A stretch of 64,000 bases of DNA from an uncultured Methanosarcinaceae archaeon (GTDB lineage Archaea; Halobacteriota; Methanosarcinia; Methanosarcinales; Methanosarcinaceae), in NCBI GenBank assembly GCA_963847185.1, contig CAWJYV010000008.1, positions 672,001-736,000 on the forward strand, written 5' to 3'. Below, in pieces: positions 54,016-64,000 of this stretch. The notes below the pieces were generated by a model. That model searched no databases, was not told the DNA's origin, and was given only the letters and a program-made list of their open reading frames with translations. The position numbers and the translations under genes are program-made. The first letter of the stretch is position 1. Every line of letters starts with the position of its first letter.

Positions 54016-54441
54016 TCAAAGTCCTTCGTTTGATGCTACAGTTGTGAGTTTTGAGAAGGTTACTCCTTTGAGGGCCAATATAGCTTCTGCAAGCTCTTTA
54101 ATTTCTTCGCCGTCTCCGGCCAGAACGATAACCTCGAAGCAGTTATCATGATCGAGATGAGTATGCACTGAAGATTTTATAAGGTGAGAGTAGTGATGCT
54201 GAATATCTCCCAGAGCATTTGAAAGACCCCTTTTTGTGTGGTCATACATGACTGCAATTGTCCCTACTCGATGGCCTTTGATTTCCCCCATCCACTCATA
54301 GTGAGAAATATAACTCCTGATGGCATCCCTTATGCCTTCAGAACGAGAAGAATAGCCTCTTTTTTCAATAATTTCATCAAATTTGTCTAGAAGATTATCG
54401 GGAAGGGAAACCCCTATCCTCATTAATTCTGTTTCCATCAT
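54016..54441 (-). CDS. nikR: Nickel-responsive regulator NikR
   Basis: RHH domain RIGVSL...[10 protein letters not shown] and the H..H.H..C nickel site ([13 protein letters not shown]). Confidence 0.96.
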   Translation of the reverse strand: MMETELMRIGVSLPDNLLDKFDEIIEKRGYSSRSEGIRDAIRSYISHYEWMGEIKGHRVGTIAVMYDHTKRGLSNALGDIQHHYSHLIKSSVHTHLDHDNCFEVIVLAGDGEEIKELAEAILALKGVTFSKLTTVASNEGL

Positions 54442-54562
54442 ATCACCAAGAATTTTACGTTTATCTAAGAAATAATTGAGAATATTTCAAGTATTACTAT
54501 TTATGTTTTTAAACTTAATTACGAATATAAAAAAGTTGATTGACAAATACTCTGTTCATCGA

Positions 54563-55558
54563 TTATATGAATGTTTGGGAATAGGGAATCCACAAAATCC
54601 AGGACTGAGAAAGAAAAGATACGTTGAAGAAGAATGGACTTGGAGTTAGACGCATAAAAAAGCAAATGGCAAGTATGTGATATACCGCGATATCTTGGGG
54701 ATAAAACGAAGAAGATAGGTCTTCGTTGTTCCATGCGGGTTGATTATATGTATTTAGTTGGTAAAAAATCGGAAATGATACTGTAGCATCATAAAAACGA
54801 AGGTCTTTTCCGGTTGGTTTTTCCAAAGTCCCTGAATCCTGATTTGTTTGTCACAAAGCTACCTTTTGATTACGGGTAGGGGAAAAACCGTTTTTGAAGC
54901 TTGCAGGAGAGAAAATGTCATTGGAACTTGATGGGCCTCCTTTTCTATGTGAGCGTGAAGGACTTCCCTTACTCTTTGAACTCGTAGGAGAGCCTTTCTG
55001 GGAGTTTGCTGATTTTGGCGAAGCCTTTATTGGGCTGCCAGCGTTTCTTTCTTCCTTGTAGGCCCTGCAGTACGTCTTACGGGTGCGAATGTTCTTGCCT
55101 TTGTGTTGGAATTGGTATAAGTCAACCAGCCATTTATTTTCCTTTTAACCTGTTTTACTCCCTGTTTTGTCCCTACCCTATGCGAGTTTCACCAAGCTCA
55201 TTTTCAACGTTAGTTATTACACCTGAAACCCCTTTTTGCACACATACTTTTTAGTCACAGGAGCTCTTTGTTTTGAGGACTTTCGGAGAGCGTTATCTAC
55301 CTTATCTGTAGCGGTTTCATCATCTACAACTTCAGACTCCACAGCAACATAAGTAGGCTCTATGACAGGCTCATCCCCTATGGAGTCCCAATATTCCTTT
55401 ATTTTCTTCCCTTTTTTAATACATCTGTTTTTGTTCGGGATATGCCCTTTTTTATAGTGGATTTAATGCTTGATGTCGGTTCTTCAGATCCAGGTTCCGG
55501 GGGCTCGCGGATTTTTTGATCAAATCTAACAGAATAGCCTACTGATATATTTTGCCAT
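54563..55558 (-). pseudogene. Possible decayed gene (Ser/Lys-rich linker, hydrophobic end)
   Basis: Protein-like fragments in shifting frames (KIKEYWDSIGDEPVIEPTYVAVESEVVDDE..., SPKSANSQKGSPTSS...) broken by stops. Confidence 0.35.
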
Positions 55559-55811
55559 TTTTGATAATTATTTTTTATTTTTGAGTTTTTTATTTGAAGC
55601 CTTTCGAATTACTATTTTTTTAATGTGGTAAACCCCTCTCTTAATTTTTCACTTATCTTCAATAATTATCTCCCAATTTCTCATAAATAATGACTGTCTA
55701 TAATGTATTATATAAAAGCTAATTGAAAGTTACATCTTCAATAATTATCGTAAAACAGGATAATGCAATCTGTATCCTTCTTTTATATTACTTATTCTTT
55801 TTTAACAGTAA

Positions 55812-56138
55812 AATATATATGGTTTTATCTCTTACTATTAATATTGAATCAGTTATCTCTCATTAATAGCAATGGGTATGAAGATTAAAAGTCAGTGCCT
55901 TCTAAAATTGGATTGGGGAAATATTCAACAATTTACTGGAAATTTGTAATTGATTAATTCTAAAAATATGCTCGATGATCCAGATTCGAACTTAATATGT
56001 TTTTACGTCTCTTCTAGTTGAAACTTCTCTCTAATTTGAAGAAGATATGAATATTCGTTAATGGGAGTTTGATATCAGTGTTTGTTTAGCTTATGCTATC
56101 GCTTCGACAAACATTGATATTGTAATAGAGGTGGATGG
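55812..56138 (+). promoter_or_regulatory. Conserved ~330-bp leader of the adhesin gene, with a structured 3' end
   Basis: Colinear similarity to 63322-63665; stem 56071-56085/56107-56121 encloses TAGC-TTAT-GCTA just before the GAGGTG RBS. Confidence 0.7.
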
Positions 56139-59100
56139 ATGAATAAAAACAAAATAAATCTCATGTCTACATCAGCTCATTTTTCTGATTTTCCTCTTAA
56201 CCTGGGAAATTATAAAAAACGTTTATGTTCAATATTCCTGGCTTCAATCTTGATGATTGTTATGCTGGTTGGTATTGCAAGTGCAGTTCCATATGCATAT
56301 ATCTCAAACCATTATGATGGTACTGTCTCCGTAATTGATACTGCAGACAATACTGTTCTAACTACTGTGACTGTAGGAAGCTATCCTCTTGGTGTTGCAG
56401 TTAATCCAGCAGGAACAATGGCATATGTAGCGAACTATAATGCCGATACTGTCTCTGTAATTGAGACCAATACAAACACCGTTGTAGCCACTGTGCCTGT
56501 AGGGGACAGTCCTATGGGGGTTACAATTAACCCCACCGGAACAAGGGTATATGTGACTAATGAGATCGGTAACTCTGTCTCTGTGATTGACACTTCAAGT
56601 AATACCGTTATAGCTACGATGACCAGTCCAGGAACCGGTCTTTACGGTGTTGCAGTTAATTCAGATGGAACAAAAGTATATGCAGTGAAATCAAATATTA
56701 ACGGTGTATCTGTAATTGACACTACCACAAATACTGCTGAAAGCACAGTGACTGTAGGAGGTTCTCCTAAGGGAATTGCCGTTAGCCCTATAGAAGCAGT
56801 CGCATATGTCGCAAATTCAGCCGATGACACTGTCTCCGTAATTAATACCGATACAAACACGGTCATAGATACTATTAATGTAGGGAATGGTCCCTATGCA
56901 GTTGCTTTTAATCCAGATGGGACAAAAGTATATGTCGCTAACTACTACGGTGGCACCGTCTCAGTAATTGATACTAGTACAAAAACTGTAACAACTACTG
57001 TGACCGTAGGAGTTTTACCTATGGGAGTTGCAGTCAACATTGACGGAACAAAGGCATATGTAGTAAACTCTGACAGTGACAGCGTTTCCGTAATTGATAC
57101 AGACACAGATACTGTTACAACAACTATAACTGTGGGAAACACTCCTCGTTGTTTCGGGCAGTTTACTGTTTTTTTCACACCAAGTCCATCTTACAGCGTT
57201 GACAAAACCGTTACGGATGTTGCTAATAACGGATCCTCTGCACATGCAACAAAAGCCGTAGATGTCATAAAGTACCAGATTTCTGTGAGTAATTCTGGAA
57301 ACGTTGACCTTACAGGGGTATCTGTTATTGATTCTTTAATCTCTTCTCTGGCAGTATCTTCAGGAGATAATGCACCTACAGGAACTCTGGATGTAGGAGA
57401 GACCTGGGTTTATACTCCAACTTATACTGTTACTCAGACAGACCTGAATAATAAAGGTGGGGACGATGGAGATATCGACAACAAAGTAACTATTGACTGT
57501 AATGAACTTGATGCAATAAACGACAGTACAGAAGTACTTCTGGATTACAACCCTGCTTATTCCATAAACAAAAGCATTTCAGATGTTGCCGGAAAAGGTC
57601 CAGGAGCAAATGTAACTGTGGCTGGAGATGTGATCACATACAAGATTAATGTAACAAATGATGGAAATATTGATCTTACCAGTGTCACCCTCAATGATCC
57701 CCTGCTTGTGTCTCCACAACTTTCTGAGTCCAAAACTGCCAACAATATTCTCGAACCCGGAGAAAAGTGGACTTACACCGGAACTTATACTGTAGTTCAG
57801 GATGACATCGTTGACAATGGAGATGGAGACGGATTTTTCGATGGCGGAGGAGACGGGATTATCAATAATACAGCAACTGTTGATTGTGCTGAACTTGATG
57901 CAAAGAATGCCAGTGCAGGAGCACACATTGATCAGACCCCTTACCTTGTTAGCAAGACCGTTACAGACGTTGCCGGCAAAGGTCCTGACGCAAATGTCAC
58001 TGCCGCCGGCGATGTGATCACTTATGAAATTAATGTAACAAACTACGGCGGTCTGCCATTTAAGCTTGTATCAGTTTATGATTCTCTCTCTACGAATACA
58101 TTTACAGGCCCAACGGAATCAGGCGCTTCTAACAAAATCCTCGATCCTGGAGAGAGCTGGATCTATACCGGGAATTACACTGTCAATCAGTCCGACCTCA
58201 ACACCAATGGTGATGAAGATGGGTTTATCAACAACACAGCTACTGCTTACTTCTATGGAGGAGTAAAGCTAAACGATGGGTTTGTTGGATTTAAATCCTC
58301 CAGTGCAGCAGTTCCTGTAGAGCAGAGTCCCAATTACACTATTAATAAGACAGTAACCGATGTTGCAGGAAATGGCCCTGAAGCAAACGTAACAAAAACT
58401 GGAGATGTAATTAGCTATCAGATCAACGTTAGCAACACCGGAAACCTTGATCTGACAAATCTAAATATTTCTGACTCTCTGATCTCTCTTGCAGATCCGG
58501 TTGAGTCTCTGATTACTGATGGAATTATCAATCCCGGAGAGAACTGGACATATACAGGAAATTACATCGTTACTCAGGAAGATATAGATAATAACGGAAA
58601 TTATGAGGGTGAAGGAGAAGAAGAGGGAATTATAAGCAACACTGCAACTGTTAGCTGTGACCAGCTTGAAGAGATTTCAGATGATGCTGAAGTACAAATA
58701 GACCAGGCTCCATTTTTGGTTAACAAGACTGTAATAGATGTAGGGGGCAAAGGTCCTTTAGCAAATGCCACAAAAGCCGGAGATATAATTACTTACAGGA
58801 TTAACTTGACAAACTATGGCAGTTTGCCTTTTAAGCCTGTATCTGTTCACGATTCTTTAATTGCCACTACAGGGCCAATCGAGTCAGGCGCTGCTAATAA
58901 AATCCTTGATCCACAGGAGAACTGGACTTATACCGGGACTTATACTGTCAATCAGTCTGATCTCAACAATAATGGAGGAGGAGACGGTTTCATCAACAAT
59001 ACAGCTACTGGCTTCTTCTATGGGGGAGTAAAGAAATCAGAAATCGTATTAGCAGGAAAGAAATCATCCAATGCTACAGTTCAGGTAGAACAGAACCCTG

Positions 59101-62100
59101 CTTACTCCATTAATAAAACAGTTGTTGATGTTGCCGGAAATGGGTCTGATGCAAATGCAACAACAGCTGGGGACATAATCAGCTATCAGATTAACGTCAG
59201 CAATACTGGAAACATCGACCTTGTCAATGCAATTGTTTCCGATCCTCTGACTTCTCTTGAAGCGCCAGTCGGAGACGAGGAAGATGTGGGAACTCTCAAT
59301 GTAGGAGAAAGCTGGATTTACAGTGCAAGTTACAGTGTTACCCAGGACGATCTGAATACTAAAGGCGGAGAGGACGGCTTCATTAATAACACAGCAACTG
59401 TTGACTGTGATCTTCTCGATCTGGTAAATGACAGTGCTGCAGTTCCTCTTGAATGGAACCCTGTTTACAGCATTAACAAAACAGTTTTTGATGTTGCCGA
59501 AAAGGGTTCTGAAGCAAACGCAACCTCTGCAGGAGATGTAATCACTTACTGGGTTAATGTTACAAATGACGGAAATATTGACCTTACCAATGTAAACGTT
59601 TCAGACGCCCTGATTTCCCTGGATGAGCCGATCAGAGAAGGTGAACCTTCTGAAACTTTGAATGTAGGCGAAACATGGAACTATACCGGGACTTATACTG
59701 TTACTCAGGCAGATCTTAACAGTAATGGTGATGGAGACGGTTTCATTAACAATACAGCAAGTATTGTTTGTGATCAGCTTGAAATGAAATCCTCCAGTGC
59801 TGCAGTTCCTGTCGAACAGAACCCTGCTTATACCGTTAGCAAAATCGTTGTTGACGTTGCTGGAAACGGGTCTGAAGCAAATGTGGCAAAAGTAGGAGAT
59901 ATTATAACCTACGAGGTTAACGTAACCAATGATGGAAACATTGACCTGACAAATATGAATGTCTCTGATTCTCTGTTTACTCTTGAAGATCCATCCGGAG
60001 ATGATGAAGGTTCAGGAACTCTAAATGTTAGTGAAAACTGGACTTATACTGCAAACTACACTGTTACTGAGGAAGACATGAACAGTAACGGCGGGGGAGA
60101 CAAATTCATCAACAATACCGTAACTATCGCCTGTGATCAGCTGGATCAGGAAAACGATAGTGCTGCAGTGCCTATAGAACAGAACCCTGCTTATACTATT
60201 AACAAAACGGTTGCTGATGTTGGAGGAAAAGGTCCTGACGCAAACGCAACTGTCGCAGGAGAGATAATCAACTATCAGATTAATGTGACAAATGAGGGAA
60301 ACATTGGTCTTAACAATGTAAGCGTTTTTGACTCTCTTGTTGAACTTTCTAAAGACTCGGAGTCAAAAATCCTTAATGGACTTCTCGAGTTAGGGGAAAT
60401 CTGGACCTACCTTGGAAATTACACTGTCAATCAGTCCGATCTGAACAGTAATGGTGATGGAGACGGTTTTATTAACAACACAGCAACCGTTGACAGTGAT
60501 GAGCTGGATCAGGAGAACGACAGTGCTGAGGTATTTGTCGAGCAGAATCCTTCTTACAGCATTAACAAAACCGTTGTTGATGTCTCTGGAAACGGCCCTG
60601 AAGCAAATGCAACTTCTGCAGAAGATATAATCAGCTATGAGGTTAATGTGACCAATGATGGAAACATTGACCTTACGGGTGTCAGTGTTTCAGATTCCTT
60701 GATTGAACTTTCAGGACCTGTCGAAGATACTGGAGATATTGGGATTCTCAATGTAGGAGAAAGCTGGATTTACTCTGGAAATTATACAGTCGATCAGTTT
60801 GATCTGAACAGCAATGGTGAAGATGATGGTTTCATCAACAACACAGCAGCCGTTGACTGTGATCAGCTTGATCCGATAAATGACAGTGCTGAAGTGCCTG
60901 TCGAACAGAATCCTGCTTATAACGTTAGCAAAACCGTTGTTGATGTTGCCGGAAGAGGTTCTGAAAGCAATGTAACCTCTGCAGGAGATGTAATCGGCTA
61001 CCAGATTAATGTGACAAACGACGGAAACATTGATCTTAACAACATAAATGTCAATGATTCTCTGATTAATCTCACGGGTCCATATGGAGATATGGGTCAT
61101 TACAAGCTCTTCCAATCACCAGAAACTGTACAGGGATATAATCATGGTAATGGAATCCTGGACGTTGGAGAAACTTGGACTTACTTTGGAAATTACACTG
61201 TCAATCAGTCTGATATGAACAGTAATGGTGAAGGTGACGGTTTCATCAATAACACAGCAACCGTTGACTGTGATGAACTGGATCCGATAAATGACAGTGC
61301 TGAGGTACCTGTCGAGCAGATCTTTGATTGTTCACTATACAAGTCTGTAATCGGAGCAGATAATGCCGGAGACGGTATAGTCGACAGGGCCGGAGATGTA
61401 ATAGAGTACAGGATTGCAGTAAAGAATGAAGGAAATGTGGATCTTACTGGTGTTTCAGTGAACGATCCGCTTATTCAGCTGATAAAATCTGCTGGAGACG
61501 ATACTGATCCTGAAGTCCTGAACGTTGGAGAAACCTGGAGATTCGACGGAAATTACACCGTTACTCAGGATGATATAAACTGCAATTGCGGAGGAGATGG
61601 CTTCATCGACAATACTGCAACTGTAAGTTGTAACGAGCTTCAGAACGAAAGTTACAGTGTACAGCAGCCTATTGTTCAGAAGAGGAGTCTGGTGATATCC
61701 AAATCTCTGGTCGGAGTCGACAATGCAGGAGATTTCATAGTCAATAGAGCTGGAGATATAATCGAGTACCAGATTGCAGTAAAAAATAATGGAAAAGTAG
61801 ACCTTACAGGAGTTTCAGTAAGCGATCCGATGGTCCAGTTGACAGGTCCTGTTGGAGACGAAATTTGTCCTGGAGTTTTGAACGTTGGAGAAACCTGGAA
61901 GTTCTACGGAAACTATACTGTAACCCAGGAGGGTCTGGACAGTAATGGTGGAGATGATGGCTATATAGATAATACTGCAACTGTGAGCTGCACCAAGCTT
62001 TTAGACAAAACCAGCAGTATAAGCGTTCCAATCATTCTTCCCAGAACAATTGGCTCTGGTATAGATTCCGGTTCTAACAACACAGATACGGATGATGGAA

Positions 62101-62873
62101 ACTCTGGAAGCGATAACGACAGTGGCGATAGCGACAGCAGTTCCGGAGGTAGCAGCAGTAGCAGTAGCGGAAGTAGTGGTAGAAGCGGCGGTGCAGGTTT
62201 GTCTCCAGAGCCTGCCAAAAACGTTGAGGTAAAGGAGATTTCACAGGCATTTGTCACAAGTGGAAATTCTGTCACTTTTAACTTCCCTAAGAATGCCACT
62301 TCTGTCACATCCGTTACATTTGATTCAAAGAGGACTTCCGGCAAGACAACAACTATTGTTGAAATGCTGAAAAACAAATCCACACTTGTTTCAAAACTGC
62401 CTTCCGGAGAAGTTTATAAATCCTTAAACATCTGGGTTGGAAACAGCGGTTTTGCAACTTCTCAGAATATCGAAAATGCTGTAATTGGTTTCAAGGTCGA
62501 AAAGGCCTGGCTGCAGGAAAAAGGAATTGACAGCTCTTCAATAGTCCTCAATAGGTACAATGACAAAAAATGGAATGAACTTCCAACCACTCTGCTAAGT
62601 GAAGATGACAAATATATTTATTTCACAGCAGAAACTCCTGGATTCTCTCCATTTGCAATAGTTGCCAATACCGCAACAACAGAAACCAGCGATGCATCAA
62701 TACCTGAATCCAGCACTGAAGGTGTTCAGGAAAATACTGAAAGTGCAGAAGCGGATGTGGAACAGCAGGCTGAAAATGAAGGAAACACAAGTACGAACAA
62801 CGAAACTCCTGGATTTGAAATGATTTACGGAGTTACTGGCCTTCTTGCTGTATTCGTGTACAGAAGAAGATAA
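56139..62873 (+). CDS. Giant cell-surface protein: 7-bladed YVTN beta-propeller, 13 DUF11/DUF7507-like repeats, Ser/Gly linker, PGF-pre-PGF and PGF-CTERM
   Basis: Seven (A/V)YV.N...VSVIDT blades; 13 K(T/S)V...Y.I.V.N.GN.DL...GE.W...I.NTA units; TPGFSPFAI; TPGFE-TM-RRR. Confidence 0.93.
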   Translation: MNKNKINLMSTSAHFSDFPLNLGNYKKRLCSIFLASILMIVMLVGIASAVPYAYISNHYDGTVSVIDTADNTVLTTVTVGSYPLGVAVNPAGTMAYVANYNADTVSVIETNTNTVVATVPVGDSPMGVTINPTGTRVYVTNEIGNSVSVIDTSSNTVIATMTSPGTGLYGVAVNSDGTKVYAVKSNINGVSVIDTTTNTAESTVTVGGSPKGIAVSPIEAVAYVANSADDTVSVINTDTNTVIDTINVGNGPYAVAFNPDGTKVYVANYYGGTVSVIDTSTKTVTTTVTVGVLPMGVAVNIDGTKAYVVNSDSDSVSVIDTDTDTVTTTITVGNTPRCFGQFTVFFTPSPSYSVDKTVTDVANNGSSAHATKAVDVIKYQISVSNSGNVDLTGVSVIDSLISSLAVSSGDNAPTGTLDVGETWVYTPTYTVTQTDLNNKGGDDGDIDNKVTIDCNELDAINDSTEVLLDYNPAYSINKSISDVAGKGPGANVTVAGDVITYKINVTNDGNIDLTSVTLNDPLLVSPQLSESKTANNILEPGEKWTYTGTYTVVQDDIVDNGDGDGFFDGGGDGIINNTATVDCAELDAKNASAGAHIDQTPYLVSKTVTDVAGKGPDANVTAAGDVITYEINVTNYGGLPFKLVSVYDSLSTNTFTGPTESGASNKILDPGESWIYTGNYTVNQSDLNTNGDEDGFINNTATAYFYGGVKLNDGFVGFKSSSAAVPVEQSPNYTINKTVTDVAGNGPEANVTKTGDVISYQINVSNTGNLDLTNLNISDSLISLADPVESLITDGIINPGENWTYTGNYIVTQEDIDNNGNYEGEGEEEGIISNTATVSCDQLEEISDDAEVQIDQAPFLVNKTVIDVGGKGPLANATKAGDIITYRINLTNYGSLPFKPVSVHDSLIATTGPIESGAANKILDPQENWTYTGTYTVNQSDLNNNGGGDGFINNTATGFFYGGVKKSEIVLAGKKSSNATVQVEQNPAYSINKTVVDVAGNGSDANATTAGDIISYQINVSNTGNIDLVNAIVSDPLTSLEAPVGDEEDVGTLNVGESWIYSASYSVTQDDLNTKGGEDGFINNTATVDCDLLDLVNDSAAVPLEWNPVYSINKTVFDVAEKGSEANATSAGDVITYWVNVTNDGNIDLTNVNVSDALISLDEPIREGEPSETLNVGETWNYTGTYTVTQADLNSNGDGDGFINNTASIVCDQLEMKSSSAAVPVEQNPAYTVSKIVVDVAGNGSEANVAKVGDIITYEVNVTNDGNIDLTNMNVSDSLFTLEDPSGDDEGSGTLNVSENWTYTANYTVTEEDMNSNGGGDKFINNTVTIACDQLDQENDSAAVPIEQNPAYTINKTVADVGGKGPDANATVAGEIINYQINVTNEGNIGLNNVSVFDSLVELSKDSESKILNGLLELGEIWTYLGNYTVNQSDLNSNGDGDGFINNTATVDSDELDQENDSAEVFVEQNPSYSINKTVVDVSGNGPEANATSAEDIISYEVNVTNDGNIDLTGVSVSDSLIELSGPVEDTGDIGILNVGESWIYSGNYTVDQFDLNSNGEDDGFINNTAAVDCDQLDPINDSAEVPVEQNPAYNVSKTVVDVAGRGSESNVTSAGDVIGYQINVTNDGNIDLNNINVNDSLINLTGPYGDMGHYKLFQSPETVQGYNHGNGILDVGETWTYFGNYTVNQSDMNSNGEGDGFINNTATVDCDELDPINDSAEVPVEQIFDCSLYKSVIGADNAGDGIVDRAGDVIEYRIAVKNEGNVDLTGVSVNDPLIQLIKSAGDDTDPEVLNVGETWRFDGNYTVTQDDINCNCGGDGFIDNTATVSCNELQNESYSVQQPIVQKRSLVISKSLVGVDNAGDFIVNRAGDIIEYQIAVKNNGKVDLTGVSVSDPMVQLTGPVGDEICPGVLNVGETWKFYGNYTVTQEGLDSNGGDDGYIDNTATVSCTKLLDKTSSISVPIILPRTIGSGIDSGSNNTDTDDGNSGSDNDSGDSDSSSGGSSSSSSGSSGRSGGAGLSPEPAKNVEVKEISQAFVTSGNSVTFNFPKNATSVTSVTFDSKRTSGKTTTIVEMLKNKSTLVSKLPSGEVYKSLNIWVGNSGFATSQNIENAVIGFKVEKAWLQEKGIDSSSIVLNRYNDKKWNELPTTLLSEDDKYIYFTAETPGFSPFAIVANTATTETSDASIPESSTEGVQENTESAEADVEQQAENEGNTSTNNETPGFEMIYGVTGLLAVFVYRRR

Positions 62874-63321
62874 TAAACCAAACACTGCTCAAATCTGGCA
62901 GGCGGGATATTACCCTGCTTTGTCAGATTTGAAAATTTTTTGCAGTTTTCTTTTTGATTTTTTTCTTTTGAATCTATTGTTTACAATTTTCGTTTTCAAA
63001 AATGCTCTCAAGTTTACAGTTGCGCTTCAAAGTCAACATTAGTAAACTTTTGTTTTATTTTCCCTTAAAGTTTCTTTTTGGTGTCATTTTCTCTATCGTC
63101 ATTATATGTTACTGAGTTTGTCAGATATGACAAATTGTGAGCTTAGCCTGTTAAACACAATTAAGTACAATTGGAATTTTCTCATTCAATTTCCTTCGAA
63201 AAAATTAATTTTATTCATTAAGTTATATGATCCACATTATAAAATTTACAATAGTTAAAAATTAATGTTTCTCGACAAAATCATTTATTAATTTATATAT
63301 TTTCTCATATTTTCTAATAGC

Positions 63322-63665
63322 AATATATTTATCCTTTTATCTCTTATACTTAATATTGATAAAGTAGTCTCTCATCTAATTTACTCTGTATGGGAGTTGA
63401 GTGGTTCATCTTCTCGAATTGGGTGGAACAGAATAAATTTCACATGATATTGGAAATTTATGAATTGATCAAATCGTAGAATATATTCAAGAGGAACATT
63501 CAATTTCGTATATAATTTCAATTTTTGTATGTTCTCTTACTGGATACTTTTTCCCTCAAATTTGAAAGAGATGCATATGTTCCACTAAAGGGAGATTGAA
63601 TTGTTGTTTGGTTAGCTTATGCTATCATTTCGACAGACACTGACTTCGTAACAAGAGGTGGATGG
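63322..63665 (+). promoter_or_regulatory. Second copy of the adhesin leader
   Basis: Shares TTTTATCTCTTA, TGGAAATTT, TTAGCTTATGCTATC, TTCGACA and GAGGTGGATGG with copy 1. Confidence 0.7.
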
Positions 63666-64000
63666 TTGAATAATAAATCAAAAACTAGGATTATAAGCGG
63701 TCGATTGTCTGCTGCCATACCAAAAATGGATGATTCTATGAAGCGAAAAATGCCCTCACTTATGTCTTTATTATTGGTTAGCATATTTGTCACAATATTA
63801 TTTGTGTCGACAGCATCTGCTGAACCATACACAGTTGAAAAAACTATTCTGGATATTTCCGGAAATGTATCTGAAGTAAATATAACAAAAGCTGGAGATG
63901 TAATTAATTATCAGATTATCGTGACAAACGATGGAGAAACCACTCCCGAAAGCGTAACCGTTATCGATGATTTGGATCCTACTGTTGCTTCTTCAGATCC
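63666..64000 (+). CDS. Paralogous repeat surface protein, 5' part (runs off the window; lacks the YVTN head)
   Basis: TTG in the same context as the paralogue's ATG; signal peptide ...STASA|EPYTVEKTILDISG...AGDVINYQIIVTNDG. Confidence 0.85.
   Translation, partial: MNNKSKTRIISGRLSAAIPKMDDSMKRKMPSLMSLLLVSIFVTILFVSTASAEPYTVEKTILDISGNVSEVNITKAGDVINYQIIVTNDGETTPESVTVIDDLDPTVASSD

Noticed and set aside
36774-55600. tRNA-Thr-anchored integrative element
   Set aside because: No integrase and no duplicated tRNA 3' end found in the window

Overview
Archaeal chromosome window, almost certainly Methanosarcina (MC1 chromatin protein, PGF-CTERM/PKD/YVTN surface proteins, Methanosarcina-type CRISPR repeat). 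About 1-22 kb is core: a partial kae1-bud32 fusion, a TPR protein, the eif2g-PIN-rpoE1-spt4-DUF359-rps24e-rps27ae operon, a purP-like gene, egsA and a glycogen/sugar-nucleotide cluster. About 23-55 kb is accessory and partly decaying: frameshifted NlpC/P60, DedA, alpha/beta-hydrolase and PocR-PAS kinase genes, tRNA-Thr(GGT), an IS1 with an 8-bp target duplication, surface proteins, an ABC pair and nikR. About 56-64 kb holds a 2244-aa YVTN plus 13-repeat adhesin and the start of a paralogue with a homologous structured leader. The main observation is an orphan CRISPR-like mini-array at 25913-26529, with no cas genes in the window. Its first 'spacer' is 494 bp long and holds a complete GC-rich mini-gene (TATA box, RBS, 73-aa ORF, terminator-like hairpins). 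A normal 36-bp spacer and a degenerate terminal repeat follow. All family assignments come from motif recognition by eye; no searches were run.
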